A DNA stretch of 63,325 bases, counting the filler, from Perkinsus chesapeaki ATCC PRA-425 (Eukaryota > Protista > Perkinsozoa), in the NCBI GenBank assembly GCA_013115145.1. It is 4 parts of 4 records of this genome, joined end to end, with 100 filler letters (N's around TTAATTAATTAA, not from the genome) between each part and the next. Parts side by side here need not be neighbours in the genome. Positions count along the whole stretch, not along the records: positions 1 to 26,598 come from JAAPAO010000505.1; 3 more parts are not named here. One strand, 5' to 3'. The position numbers and the translations under genes were made by a program. Positions 1 to 11,515 of this stretch are shown here, one piece after another. The notes below the pieces were generated by a model. That model had not been told where the DNA came from. It searched no databases and was given only the letters and a program-made list of their open reading frames with translations. Every line of letters begins with the position of its first letter. The stretch's first letter is position 1.

Positions 1-2862
1 TATTCACTTCACAGAATTTATCATCATTATTTATATCAGTCCAAATTATTCCTCTTTCCTTCATGTCGAAATCACCAATTAGAATTCTTCTCTCTTTAGA
101 ATCATCCATTATTCCACATTCTTTAGCAATTGATACTCCAGTTAGTACATTATCACCAGTACACATAACACTACGTACAGCACCCGCAGTCAATGCTTTG
201 ATGGCAGCTGGAGAATCTGGTTTCATCTCATTACGGAAAAGTAAAAGACCACACATTGATAGACCAGATTCCAACGACTCTCTTCTAGTCGATATAATAT
301 CCTCATCAGAGAGAGAGTTGTCCAACGTTTTACTGGCCATCGCCAAAGTATAGAAATTATCAGATGCGCAACTCTCGGTGACTTTAACATAATCAACAGG
401 GATGGTCGTATTATGAGAAATCGCTGCAATGCGTTCATAAGATCCCTTAACGATAACGATCGCCTCACCAGTTGATAAATCTCGGACAACTGATCCAGAT
501 GTCATTCTATGATGATCAAAATCAAGCTTTTTCAGAATCTTCAATTTATGGTCACCATTCGGAGAAGTGATAATATTTCCAATTTCATCACCTTCTGTAT
601 TTGGTAAAGACCAACCAGTATTACGGAACATTGTCACTTCAACATTATTACCAACCAAAGTTCCATCACGTAGACTTGTTACGGTATGACAACATGCCAG
701 ACCATATTGCATCCTTAATGGCACCTCAGATCTGATCAAGCTCTCATTGGTTTTATCCAAGGTAGAAGCGTCAGGCTTGAACTGCACCCTCTTCATGAAC
801 GCCTTCTCCGAGAGGTCCACAGGGACCACCGCGGCAAAGTCCATACCGTCCTTAGTGATGGTACCAGTCTTATCGAACACCATGGTAGAGACTTTGCCAG
901 CTACCGGGATTCTACCCGGCTGGAGACAGGATATCTTATCATGACGTTCCAACCTATAAGCCGCTACTGACTGACCCATAACGATCGACACTGGAAGCAT
1001 GGGGTTCATCGCTTGCGCTATGGTGCACAAGATTTGGAGCGTGGTAACGACCCAGGACCCTAGGTTGGTCAAGGTGAGGTATAGAATTATAATGAGAATG
1101 GCATAGAGACCAAGTATACCGTAAATGATAGGTAGCTGGTCCGTGTACTTGAACCTGCAAGTATATGCTTTACGATGCCAGCCGAAAACTGTACGCTCAG
1201 ACGCGCTGAGCGTCGAAGAGCTGCTAAGGAACTCTCAGCCACGGCTGAGAGTTGCCCTGCATACCATACACCGGCAAGTGGTGTGTGGCGTCGGGTATGT
1301 CGCGGAATTTCACGCTCTCCCGTTGTTTCTCACCTGACGGACTGCGGGAAGAGGACCATACGAATCAGCTGTCCCTTGGCCGTAAGAGCTCCAATACCTG
1401 TCGCGAGAAGTACGGCACGCCCTTGATAAGGGCCGGTTGATTGCATACAGTGTGTACCTTGAACAGATCTGAATGGTAGGAAAATGTCCCACCGCTTACC
1501 TGCATAGGCGGTGTTCTTCTTGGTTACTTCCGCACCTTTAATATCTTCAACTGGAAACTTTTGTATAGGCATAGGTTCACCAGTAAGCATTGATTCATTA
1601 ACAATAATTGAACCATCAACAATTACACCATCGCATGGTAATGGTTCACCTTCCTCTACTCGTAATAAATCACCAAGTACAACATCATGGGATCCAATCT
1701 CAATCCATTTACCACATCTTAATACATTTACACGACTCTCTAACTTTGCCATATCAGCTATCTTCTTTTGCCCTCTTCTAACAATAAATAATGCACGGTA
1801 CACTCCAGCGATGAGCGTCATTCCCAACCATATAACGCCGATATTCCAAGTGGTAAACACTATGTACGACCACGCCGCAATCGACTGCAGCACATACAAG
1901 ATATCACTGAACTCCACCGCAAGGCTCTCAATAATACCCGGTACACGAACTCGGATCTCATTAGGGCCGGCTTCCTCAAGGGCGAGCGCCGCGGCGTCAT
2001 CTGTCAGGCCACCGTCCTTCAATCTCTGGTGGATCTCAGTAGAAGTCATCTCAGCTGTCCCTACTGGCCGATACCGCTCTTCCTCCTCATCGAGAACATA
2101 CCGTACACATGTATACTCGTAGCACTTCACACCTAGCATTTCATCATACATAACCGGGACCATTGTTTTACGAGTGGCACTTCTGAACCGGGCGCGAAAT
2201 CTGTCCCACATAAAGAACAGGCGGCGACCAGAGCTCGGGATGTCCTCCTCGGACGCCATGCCAGGATCGATCATATCTTTGGAATCTTCAGCCAACGGCA
2301 CCGTCTCCTCGATGACGACATGAGTTGCATCTGGCAAGTGGGGGACGGGCAGCATGAACAAGGTAACCAGCGAGTGATAGAAGGTGGACAGACTTGCGGC
2401 CAAAATGTGGAAGACCACCATCGAGTACATACACGGTATCACAACACCATCCCAGGTGGTGTTCCAAGAGACGAGGAGCTGGGGAAAGTAGGAAAATGTG
2501 CAGAACACGACAATACCAGCATAGGCAAGAACGAGCAGCCCCATCCAAGAGTAGAGCAAGGCACTTCCAAAGAAGGTTTTGCTGTACCCTGTTTGCAAAA
2601 AGAGGCGCTCAACCTCATCAGGGCTGTGAAATGACAGACGACGAGAGCCTGTGGATTTCATGCGCGCACGGTGATCGGCACGATTGATGATAGCCGACCG
2701 GTAGGAGAAGAATGCAGCTGTTATGAGGAGTAAGCCGCAAAGGACACAAGTCCAGATTGTGGCGGCAGTTGCTCCAAAATCCATATTATGTATAAATGAA
2801 TAGACACTGTAATAGCCAATACTTCCGGCGGCAAGCGCGAATTTTCCACTTCCACAAAGCAT
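1..2862 (-). CDS. P5B-type ATPase (ATP13A-like cation/polyamine transporter), copy 1, 3'-truncated by the window edge
   Basis: Exons 2862-1500, 1457-1334, 1154-<1. GT-AG introns 1499-1458 (42 nt, in frame, read through by the ORF track) and 1333-1155. Motifs ESMLTGEP, MNPMLP (TM4), DKTGT (860-874), KGSYE and MCTGDN. The last exon is open to position 1. Confidence 0.93.
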
Positions 2863-3646
2863 TTGCGAAGATGCAGGTCCCTCTCTCTAGAAGGTAAAAT
2901 GCACTTACTGAATTCTAGCCACCAAGGCGATTGGCGGTTATCCGAAGGAAACGCGCTACGCCTTCCCTCGGGAAGATGCGGTGTACGACTTGGGGGGCAC
3001 TGTGATACTACCAATGCTACCGATACTAGTTCGACGATAAATGATAAATTATTAATAATAGTTAAGTATGATATATGGGGATACAGGAGTTATGATATGC
3101 TATTGCATCAGTCCAGTGCTAACGTTCATTTCGCGGGTATCGGTCCCTGATCCCCAAGCAGCTTCTACAGAGCTACACGGCGGCTTCCAATACTATGATT
3201 CATACAACATTCAAAGCGATTGATCCAGGCAACGACAGCGATCAATGATTCCCATCACGGTGATACAGTTTCCATTGACCTAGGTAATACCGCAAAGTCC
3301 CTCTCTACCAAGCACATTTAACGTAACTTAACTCGATACTGGTTATGTTACTGAATATATTACTGTGTGTTCCACGTACAACGTTGTCTGAAGAATATTA
3401 TGGTAAAGACACGAGAAGACGGGAGAGTAACAGTGACCCTCCGGGAAGCAGAATCTCTAACAACAACGCTTACCGAAAAGGTCGAATAAACAGATAAGAC
3501 GACACTAACGAGAGGGAGTCGGATTAAGTACTTCAACGATATCCATTCCGACCTCTAGTGTCATAAAAAAGCGTGCTAAACCCCCTTAAAGAGTTGCACG
3601 AAAAAAGCCCAGCAATGCTTAGCAAGAGAAAGTCGATCATTTCAAA

Positions 3647-6600
3647 CTAATCGCTGCGAGAGTCTTCAGACTTGTCATCGAGATGAAGTTCTCTTTCATC
3701 TCGTCGACGCAATTGAAGCTTCCTCAAATACGCTGAAACCGGTCCGAGGAGACCAAACTGCACAAAGATGTGTTGTAGCAGTATATATCCAACCAGCACC
3801 CAGGTCATCGCCAATCGATAGCTCCGAGGGTAAGCATTATTGGGGCCATCATAACCAAGAGTAGAGATCTCGGGCGAAGTCCAAGGGTACTTCTCAATGG
3901 CGATTTCAGAACCGGGACCGTGAGGCCTGCAATCATAAGCCTTATCGGGGATCCAGTCATTCATCTCTGGAGTTGATAACTGATAAGTTCGGACTTGAGG
4001 CCCGAGGAAGCAACCGCCAATGTCGCCGACAGAGTAGTCAGAGATGAAGGGGATGTCCTTGGTCTCGAGCGACGAACCGGTATCGCAGTTGACACGGTAG
4101 ACACACGGGAAATCACTGGGCTCCTCCCACAAGAGACAGAATATCATAACCAGGAAGCAAGCATAGAGAATGTTGATGGCCCAGTTGAACAAGATATTCT
4201 TTCTGAAGTGTCCGCCATAGGTGGCCACGTAAGCTTGCGTAACCAACACTGTGAAGAGCATGAACACTTGGGGAGGAGCGTCGTAATTATCACCCTTCTT
4301 CATCCAGTCCTTAGGAGGGATGTCGATGTCGAGTGTGTTAACGTACTGATACCAGCTAGAATTTGCTGGAGACCAGAGAACAGCGTAAGTGATGATTTGG
4401 AAGACATAGTAGCTGACGATAGGTACCGCACAGGCTAGGATTGTCCTCCAGCCCAACAGTGATGCGGTTGGGCGGAAATTAGCCAACTTCTTGGTTGGTC
4501 CGGAAAGTGTCATCGTCCACACCATGATGACACCAATCATGATATCCATAGTCAACCAGACCCATTCGCCGACGTTGATGTTGCCGATGATGGTACCGGA
4601 AAGTCTGATGCAGGTGAGAACGAAACCGTAAACAATAAAGAAGGAGTAGGTGGCAAGCTGGGTGGTGAGACAGGCATGACCTTCACGTATCATATCAACA
4701 ACTGTAAATAATGATCTACCATCACGACCAGAACTGAAGGGTGATACCATAGATGCTTCAGCATCAGATAATGCCATACCAGCATGAGCAGCACGTAATG
4801 CACCACAATCATTACCACCATCACCACACATACCGACAACTAATTTATGGGATTGAAGATATTTTGTAACATTAACTTTATCTTCTGGTTTCATACGAGC
4901 AAACACATAAATATCCTCCCAAATAAGCTCTAACTTCTCTCTATGTGAATGCAAGTGTCTCCATGCACCTTGCGTCACAGCCAGCTGATCCACACCAGGA
5001 ACAGGAATGCAACCCTGCTCGCCAGTATCAGAGTCAGACCACACAACATCATCAGTCTCCCTGCTGAGGTCGCCAATGAGGATCCTACCCTCCTTAGCGT
5101 CACCATCAAGGATATTGCATTGCTTTGCAATAGCCACACCAGTAAGCACGTTATCGCCTGTGCACACAACACTCCTCACTCCTCCGTCCTTCAACGCTTG
5201 AATAGCAGCTGGGGAATCGTGCTTCATTTCGTTCTTGAACAAAAGTAAGCCCAACATTCTCAGACCGTCCTCAAGCTTGTCCCTGCTGGTAGCAATAACC
5301 TCCTGGTCGGTGATCGAGCTCGGCAGAGTCTTCACCGCCATGGCGAGAGTGTAGAAGTTGTCAGCAGCGCAACGCTCAGAAACCGCAACAAAATCGCTCG
5401 GAATCGACTCTTTCACAGATAGGGCGTTGATGCGCTCGTAGGAGCCCTTGACGATAACCATAACCTCGTTGGTATCCAAATCGCGGACGACCGCACCAGA
5501 GGTCATCCTCTTATGGTCGAAGTCTAAAGCCTTCACAATTTCCAACTTGTGAGGAGCCACACCAGCAGGGGACTTAATTACGCTACTGCCCGAGTCAGGG
5601 TCGGGCAGAGACCAACCAGTAGAAGTGAGCATGGCAACATCGACGTGGTTGCCTACGAGACTACCATCACGGAGAGAGGTAACAGTGTGGCATGAGGCCA
5701 GACCGTACTGCATGATCAAAGGCACCTTCTCCGCGACAATGTGATTGTTAGTTTGATCTCCAGCAGGAAGATCATTGTCAAAAGTGACTCTCGAGAGGAA
5801 CTGACCGGTCGACAGATCAACAGGGACCACCGCGGCAAAGTCCATACCATCCTTAGTGATGGTACCAGTCTTATCGAACACCATGGTAGAGATCTTTCCG
5901 GCAACTGGGATTCTACCCGGCTGAAGACATGATATCTTCTCCTTTCGTTCGAGCCTCTTCGAGGCAACCGACTGACCCATGACCATAGAAACAGGCAACA
6001 TAGGATTCATAGACTGCGCGATTGTATTCAAAATCTGCAGAAGTGTGACGATCCAGGAACCGAGATCGGTGAGAGTGGCGTAGAGGATAGTGATAAGCAT
6101 AGCATAACAGAACATGATGGTGTATATAATAGGAAGCTGATCGTTGTACTTAAACCTGAGGGACGGAAAAATAATCATACCGAATTTCCGTCAAATCGCG
6201 TCGTTATACGATACTCTTTTATATATATATTAAACATACTAGAGGAACCTTACGAGGTTGAAGATGCGAAGGATCATTGTATAGAGAATTAAAGTAAAAG
6301 TGATACCAAACTTTCGATAACAATATGAGATAATAGCATGAGGCAATGAAGAGAACGTATCGAATGATATACAGAAGAGCGATAATTGAATAATAGCTTA
6401 CCTGACCGATTGGGGGAACAGGACCATACGGACAAGTTGCCCCTTGCTGGTTAGAGCACCAACGGCAGTACAGAGCAGAACCGCCTTACCATCATGAGAG
6501 CCAGTTGACTGCATACAGATAGTACCTACAACGATATATATAAAGAGAGCGTAAGAGACATAAAAATGGCTTCAATAACATCTCATTTTATAAATAAATT

Positions 6601-8003
6601 TCCCAAGACGGAACAAGGAAATATATGAAAACAGTTAAGACTAGGAAGACACAATTTTGATGTTGCTGCTGGAGTTTACCAAAGCCTTTACCCCCGAGCC
6701 TCTTACCAGCATAAGCTCTGTTCTTCTGTCCAACACTGGCACCTTGAACGTCTTCAAGAGGGAACTTCTGAATGGGCATTGGCTCGCCGGTCAGCATAGA
6801 CTCGTTAACAATAACGGTGCCACTGACGACAATGCCATCGCACGGCAGAGGATCTTGCTCTTCGACACGGACAAGGTCACCGAGCACCACATCGGACGAT
6901 CCGACTTCAACCCACTCGCCACCACGAAGAACGTGAACGCGAGTTTGCAGTTCAGCCATCTTTGCGATCTTTTTCTGGCCAACACGGACGATGAACAAAG
7001 CGCGAATGACGCCAGCGCCGAGCATCATACCAAGCCAGATGATACCGATATTCCACGTAGAGAAGGCGACATACGACCAGGCACCAATAGACTGGAATAC
7101 ATAGATAACGTCGCAGAACTCCACCAGGATGCTCTCGAAGATTCCAGGAACTCTGACCTTGATGGCATTGGGACCCGTGATCTTCTCCATCTTAGTGGCT
7201 TCCTCCATAGTAAGACCACCCGCCTTCAAGAGAGCATGTGCCTCGTCAGCGGTCTTCTCTATAGTCCCCACAGGCCTGAACCGATCGCTCTCCTCGTCGT
7301 AGATATACCGAACGCAAGTATATTCAAAGCAGCGATTGCCGGTCTCCTTGTCAATCTGGACAGGTACCAGTGTAGTGCAGGATGCTTGCTTATACTTGTT
7401 CTTCATGTTATCCCAGACGTCGAGGATCTGGCGTATAAAGCTGGGAATAGCTTCATCATCGGTCATGCCGGGGTCCACCATTTCACTTTCGTCGATAGCA
7501 TCAACCTCCTCCTCAATAAGGACATGAGAGGCGTTCTTCATGCTGGCTTCGGGGAGCATAAAGTTCACCCGCATGACGTGGAAGAACTTTATCATTATAG
7601 CAGCCAACACATGGAAGAGCACAAAGACGTAGAGCCAGGGACCCATGACACCATTCCAGTCGGTGCCCCAGCTCGTGAGGACGTCAGCGAAATATGATAT
7701 GATTGCAAAGAATACCATATTAACACCAGAACAGATCAGGACGGCACACCAACCGATCAATAGGAACGCACCGAACCAACATCTTCTATGGCCCGATTGA
7801 ACGAATAGACGCTCTCGCTCATCCGGGCTGTGAAATGTCAACCGCCGCAAGCCAGCGGCGGCTTTTTCTTCGTTTATCTCCGCCTCTTTGGCGAAGAGAC
7901 GCTCAGTGCGAGCCTTTCTGAAGAGGAGAAAGGTTATGGTTGCCAGTATGAGGAACATCAGAACGACGCTCCAAATAACAACAACGGTGACGCCGAAATG
8001 CAT
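3647..8003 (-). CDS. P5B-type ATPase (ATP13A-like), copy 2, complete, 1309 aa
   Basis: Exons 8003-6707, 6525-6402, 6155-3647 (total 3930 nt). Same intron positions and same 124-nt middle exon as copy 1. Motifs TGEP, DKTGT, TGDN, MCGDGGNDCGAL and EASMVSPF; N-terminal and C-terminal TM helices. Confidence 0.95.
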
Positions 8004-8522
8004 AGTGATTTATTAACGTAAAAAGAGGGGCGTAAAGAACTAAGAAGATTATCAATAGCGATTGTTTTACGGAAAGATGGTGCGCTCATATAGCTACCTT
8101 TGATTACTAGCAAGTGAAGGGGACAATTGCACAAAATAGCGTAACCTACACACAAGGGATCTTTTGGCCTCAAGAACTGTCTACTAAATGAATCCGTCAG
8201 AAATACAAATGCTTTCTGAGAGTACCTTCACTACTCCGTAAGAGAGGTTGATGCCTTTCCGCCATAGGCAGCAGCACGATGAGCCGTTGGATAACCGGTT
8301 TCGACTGCCAAGGGAGACAGAATCGGATTGGGAGGCCTTCGACCTGGAGCGCAATCGAACCGGATATGGAATAAAGATTACTTATGTTCCCTTGTGTAGG
8401 CTTACAGCCTTATCAATTCCCAATAAGAGCTCAACAAATGCACAAGATCGCCTCGTAATGAAAGACCCTTACTCGAACTAAACACAACCACGGTGACCGG
8501 GGACAAATTACACAAAAATCTT

Positions 8523-8535
8523 GCACGCATGCGCA
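8523..8535 (+). promoter_or_regulatory. Candidate upstream element GCACGCATGCGCA, 90 nt before the Elongin C ATG
   Basis: The same 13-mer recurs (as reverse complement) at 37534-37546 and 62854-62866, and related cores lie upstream of other genes. Confidence 0.5.
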
Positions 8536-8624
8536 AGCGCAGGATCTCAGCATTTTGCGGCCATTTTCCCCATTTTGTGGGGGAGGCCGAAGCTCAGATG
8601 CCTCTATACAGTTAATGTTTTAAA

Positions 8625-10212
8625 ATGACAGTCGATTCGGCGAAGGATGGCTCATTTGAGTTCGTAACACTGAAAAGGTAGTAAAATGGGCACTCCAAGG
8701 GCCATCCGGCGAAGGCATTCTCTTTGCCGGATCTGATGCTTATAAATTTGGTAATCAAACATGACAGGAGCTCAACTACGTACTAGCTGGTGTTTTTATA
8801 TAATAATATTTTACATTGGCACTTGACATCAACTCGAAGCTCATCATTGTCGTCCCCAGGAAATATCCAAAGCCGCCGCCTACTATGTTCACAGTTGTTT
8901 GTCGATAAAGGGAAGGAAGTGCTGCAGTGTGGAGTAATTTCGCCCTAGTCCAGATACTACTTTGAGTTTAATATCGTCGAATATCCTTTGTAGTGCGATA
9001 TTTGTGTCAGCTCCGATGGCAAGGAGATTCGACTGGATAAGAGCATCGCGTGTCAAGCTCCCACTATTAAGGCGATTGTCCAAGGTGATGTCTGTTACGA
9101 ATACCAACTTAAACAAAAACCGACCGGAACGTTATCGAGAATTTGTTAATGCGGCAAATTTTGTAGAGAATATATTTCTAGATCAAGTATAGCCTTGGAC
9201 GTTTTCTTTTGAACATTCTTCCTCCAAGTGCATATCGCGTTCACCTGCGGCTATCTGTAGCCGATGACAGCTCCTTCTTGCTCGGTCTGTTACTCAATGA
9301 GGAGAGCAATTGTGCCGGCTGTCCCCGAGGGGAGTTGAGTTCCAGCTGCTTGGTGTAGCAAAGACCCTTTCGGACCATCGGGGGAACCGTCCTTTTGACA
9401 ACTTCATATAAGATATTTCTGGGAAAAAGTGTGAGCAAGAAAGTGTAGTCCTCGCTTCAAGCTAAGCTACGGCGCAACGGATTGCCCGCCTACCGCTCAG
9501 GTCCCGGTAACTTCGCCGAGACTGCGAATGGCATGATAACACTCCCGAGCATTCGCGGAGAGGTGCTCAAGTGTGTCGTCGATTACCTCTATTATCTTCA
9601 TAAATATACCGATTCGGAGGTAGTACAGTTCTCGCATGGAAGCGGCTTTACTAGTACGGAAGATCACTGACTTCGGCCATGTCACCTCTCCTGTTCTACT
9701 TGATCCTTCTGATTGGCCGGTCGGGAGCATGTCGTGCCGGTAAGGTATTAGCACGGTTCTGCCTGGGAGGCCTGCCAGGTCTCGCGCGCCTTTAAAAAGG
9801 CCTGTGAGGTGTTTGAGACCGTCTCCCCTCTCATTGATTCTCTCTCTTCACCTTCTCCGGACATCTTCCGAAAATTCGCGTTACTGTCTCGTAACAGTGT
9901 ACCACTGTCAGTGATGTCTACACTTCGAGTTACAGTGTCAGAAAGTTGTTGACCGCCAAGCGTTTGGGCGAGCCGACGCCTCCTTCACTTGGCTCATCCG
10001 GTCTCCTTCTTCAATCCCAACTTTGGAATCTGGAGAATTTCTGTCAGCTTTCGATCATGTATTCAATCATTTCTCATGAGAAATTCCTTCAAGATTATAT
10101 CACAACTCCGTCGATGATTTGTTATTTTCAGGAGCCAATCCCAGACTTTCCCATGGATGAAAGCATCGCGTTGGAGGTACTTCTGGCGGCTAATTATTTG
10201 GGCATAGAGTAG
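8625..10212 (+). CDS. ELOC: Elongin C (Skp1/BTB-fold adaptor), 108 aa
   Basis: Exons 8625-8677, 9011-9084, 9501-9619, 10132-10212 (327 nt, phases consistent): MTVDSAKDGSFEFVTLKSSDGKEIRLDKSIACQAPTIKAIVQGPGNFAETANGMITLPSIRGEVLKCVVDYLYYLHKYTDSEEPIPDFPMDESIALEVLLAANYLGIE. Matches Elongin C hallmarks (SSDG, GPGxF, IPxFP..ALExLxAANxL). Confidence 0.92.
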
Positions 10213-10468
10213 CGAAAAAGAAAGTGTCTCATAAAGTTACTGTCTCGTGTTTTGCGAAGTCAATCAGGTCTTCTCAGTTGAGGTTCAGATTCTATCCAGA
10301 ATCCACTATAATACGGCTGAAGGGTTCTATCGTATTTTTGCGGGAATTTATAATTTCTCTCGGGAATTCTGACAGTTTTTTAGGAAATCCCTTTTCCCGG
10401 AAACTTTGTATCTTCATAGATGGTAACAGTTAACCAGGTAACTATCAAGTGTCTTTTTGCTCATCTCA

Positions 10469-11515
10469 ATGTCGTCGCCGAGCCTGCTGATTGCAGCCCG
10501 AATTGAGAGAATTCGGCATTTCCTCGGAGACCGACTGTCTGACCTTTCCGGTGACATCTGGGGCTACCTCCCCCCCATCCTGCCCACCACATATGAGTTA
10601 GAATGGGAAATCGAATGTCCGCCAAATTTCGTTGCATTCCGTTCGGCTCGTTTTACCAAAGAGAAGGTCTTCGGCGTGTTTAGGAAAAATAACGGCAGAA
10701 TGGTACACCGCATCGATTACGACACAAACGGGGACATTTCGGGCGACCCTGACTTCTTGTTCAAGCTGGAGAGTGCTTACCATGAGGCCTTCGTCTATGA
10801 GAATGATCTATATTACGTTTTGGAGTCAGAAAAAAACTGCCTGAGGAAACGACCGCTTGGGAAGAAAGCGACCGTGTCTGGTTTAGCGTACACTTCTCGG
10901 CCGATAGCGCGGATTGAGACCGCTGCGGGGTTGCTGTTTTTGATCGAGGAAAACACCCACAACTTATTTCGGGTTGAATCAGATAACCTCGAGCTCATCT
11001 ACGAGCGGTGTCTCGAGTATGACGGGACAGATCTGACTGAGAGCGACGACAACTACATGTCGATTTTGGTTGATGCTGTGGTTGAAGGCAACAAGCTGAC
11101 TCGACTGTTATATTACACTGGGGGGCGAAAGACATGCTTGAGACTTTGGCACGAGGAACTTGGTGAAAGAGAAGTATCGTTTGGAATGAAGGCTGGCGAA
11201 TATCGTTTTCTCCCGGGCACAGAACATGCTCTCTGTCCCTCTTTTGTTGGTTTGCGGGCTGAACAGGTCTTCATGTACAATATGTGCCAGAAATTCTTGG
11301 CCGAAGTAGATGGTGAATTATTCGTTAAGTGGTCGCGTTGTTGGCGGTGTTGGCAATCTGCGCCTATCTCGGACAGACGGTGGACGGTGTCCTCGCTGGT
11401 ATCATCGAATATGGGCCGGGATCGAAGATTCTCCGTGGTGCAACTTCGGCTCTTGTACGATCCTCGAATCAACTTGGAGCCCTTTGAGCCCATGGAGAAA
11501 ATCGAGATCCTTTAA
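10469..11515 (+). CDS. Intronless hypothetical protein with an N-terminal SOCS/BC-box-like motif and a probable beta-rich C-terminal domain
   Basis: 348-aa ORF from ATG 10469. N-terminus PSLLIAARIERIRHFLG...LSGDIWGYL resembles the SOCS-box consensus; the rest has repeated short beta-strand patterns. Confidence 0.75.
   Translation: MSSPSLLIAARIERIRHFLGDRLSDLSGDIWGYLPPILPTTYELEWEIECPPNFVAFRSARFTKEKVFGVFRKNNGRMVHRIDYDTNGDISGDPDFLFKLESAYHEAFVYENDLYYVLESEKNCLRKRPLGKKATVSGLAYTSRPIARIETAAGLLFLIEENTHNLFRVESDNLELIYERCLEYDGTDLTESDDNYMSILVDAVVEGNKLTRLLYYTGGRKTCLRLWHEELGEREVSFGMKAGEYRFLPGTEHALCPSFVGLRAEQVFMYNMCQKFLAEVDGELFVKWSRCWRCWQSAPISDRRWTVSSLVSSNMGRDRRFSVVQLRLLYDPRINLEPFEPMEKIEIL

Noticed and set aside
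1193-1253. H/ACA snoRNA call for the intronic double hairpin
   Set aside because: An ACA follows the second stem, but there is no ANANNA hinge and the stems are too short for pseudouridylation pockets.
6588-6706. C-terminal tail KRLGGKGF...WEIYL of the 471-aa ORF, and KRWDIFLPFRSVQG in the 510-aa ORF
   Set aside because: Read-through into GT-AG introns (6706-6526 and 1499-1458), confirmed by paralog comparison.
1511-7697. Long + strand ORFs (1511-2122, 3995-4438, 6657-7697) and similar antisense ORFs over the A/B genes and LINE
   Set aside because: They are shadows of real opposite-strand coding sequence with biased codon usage.
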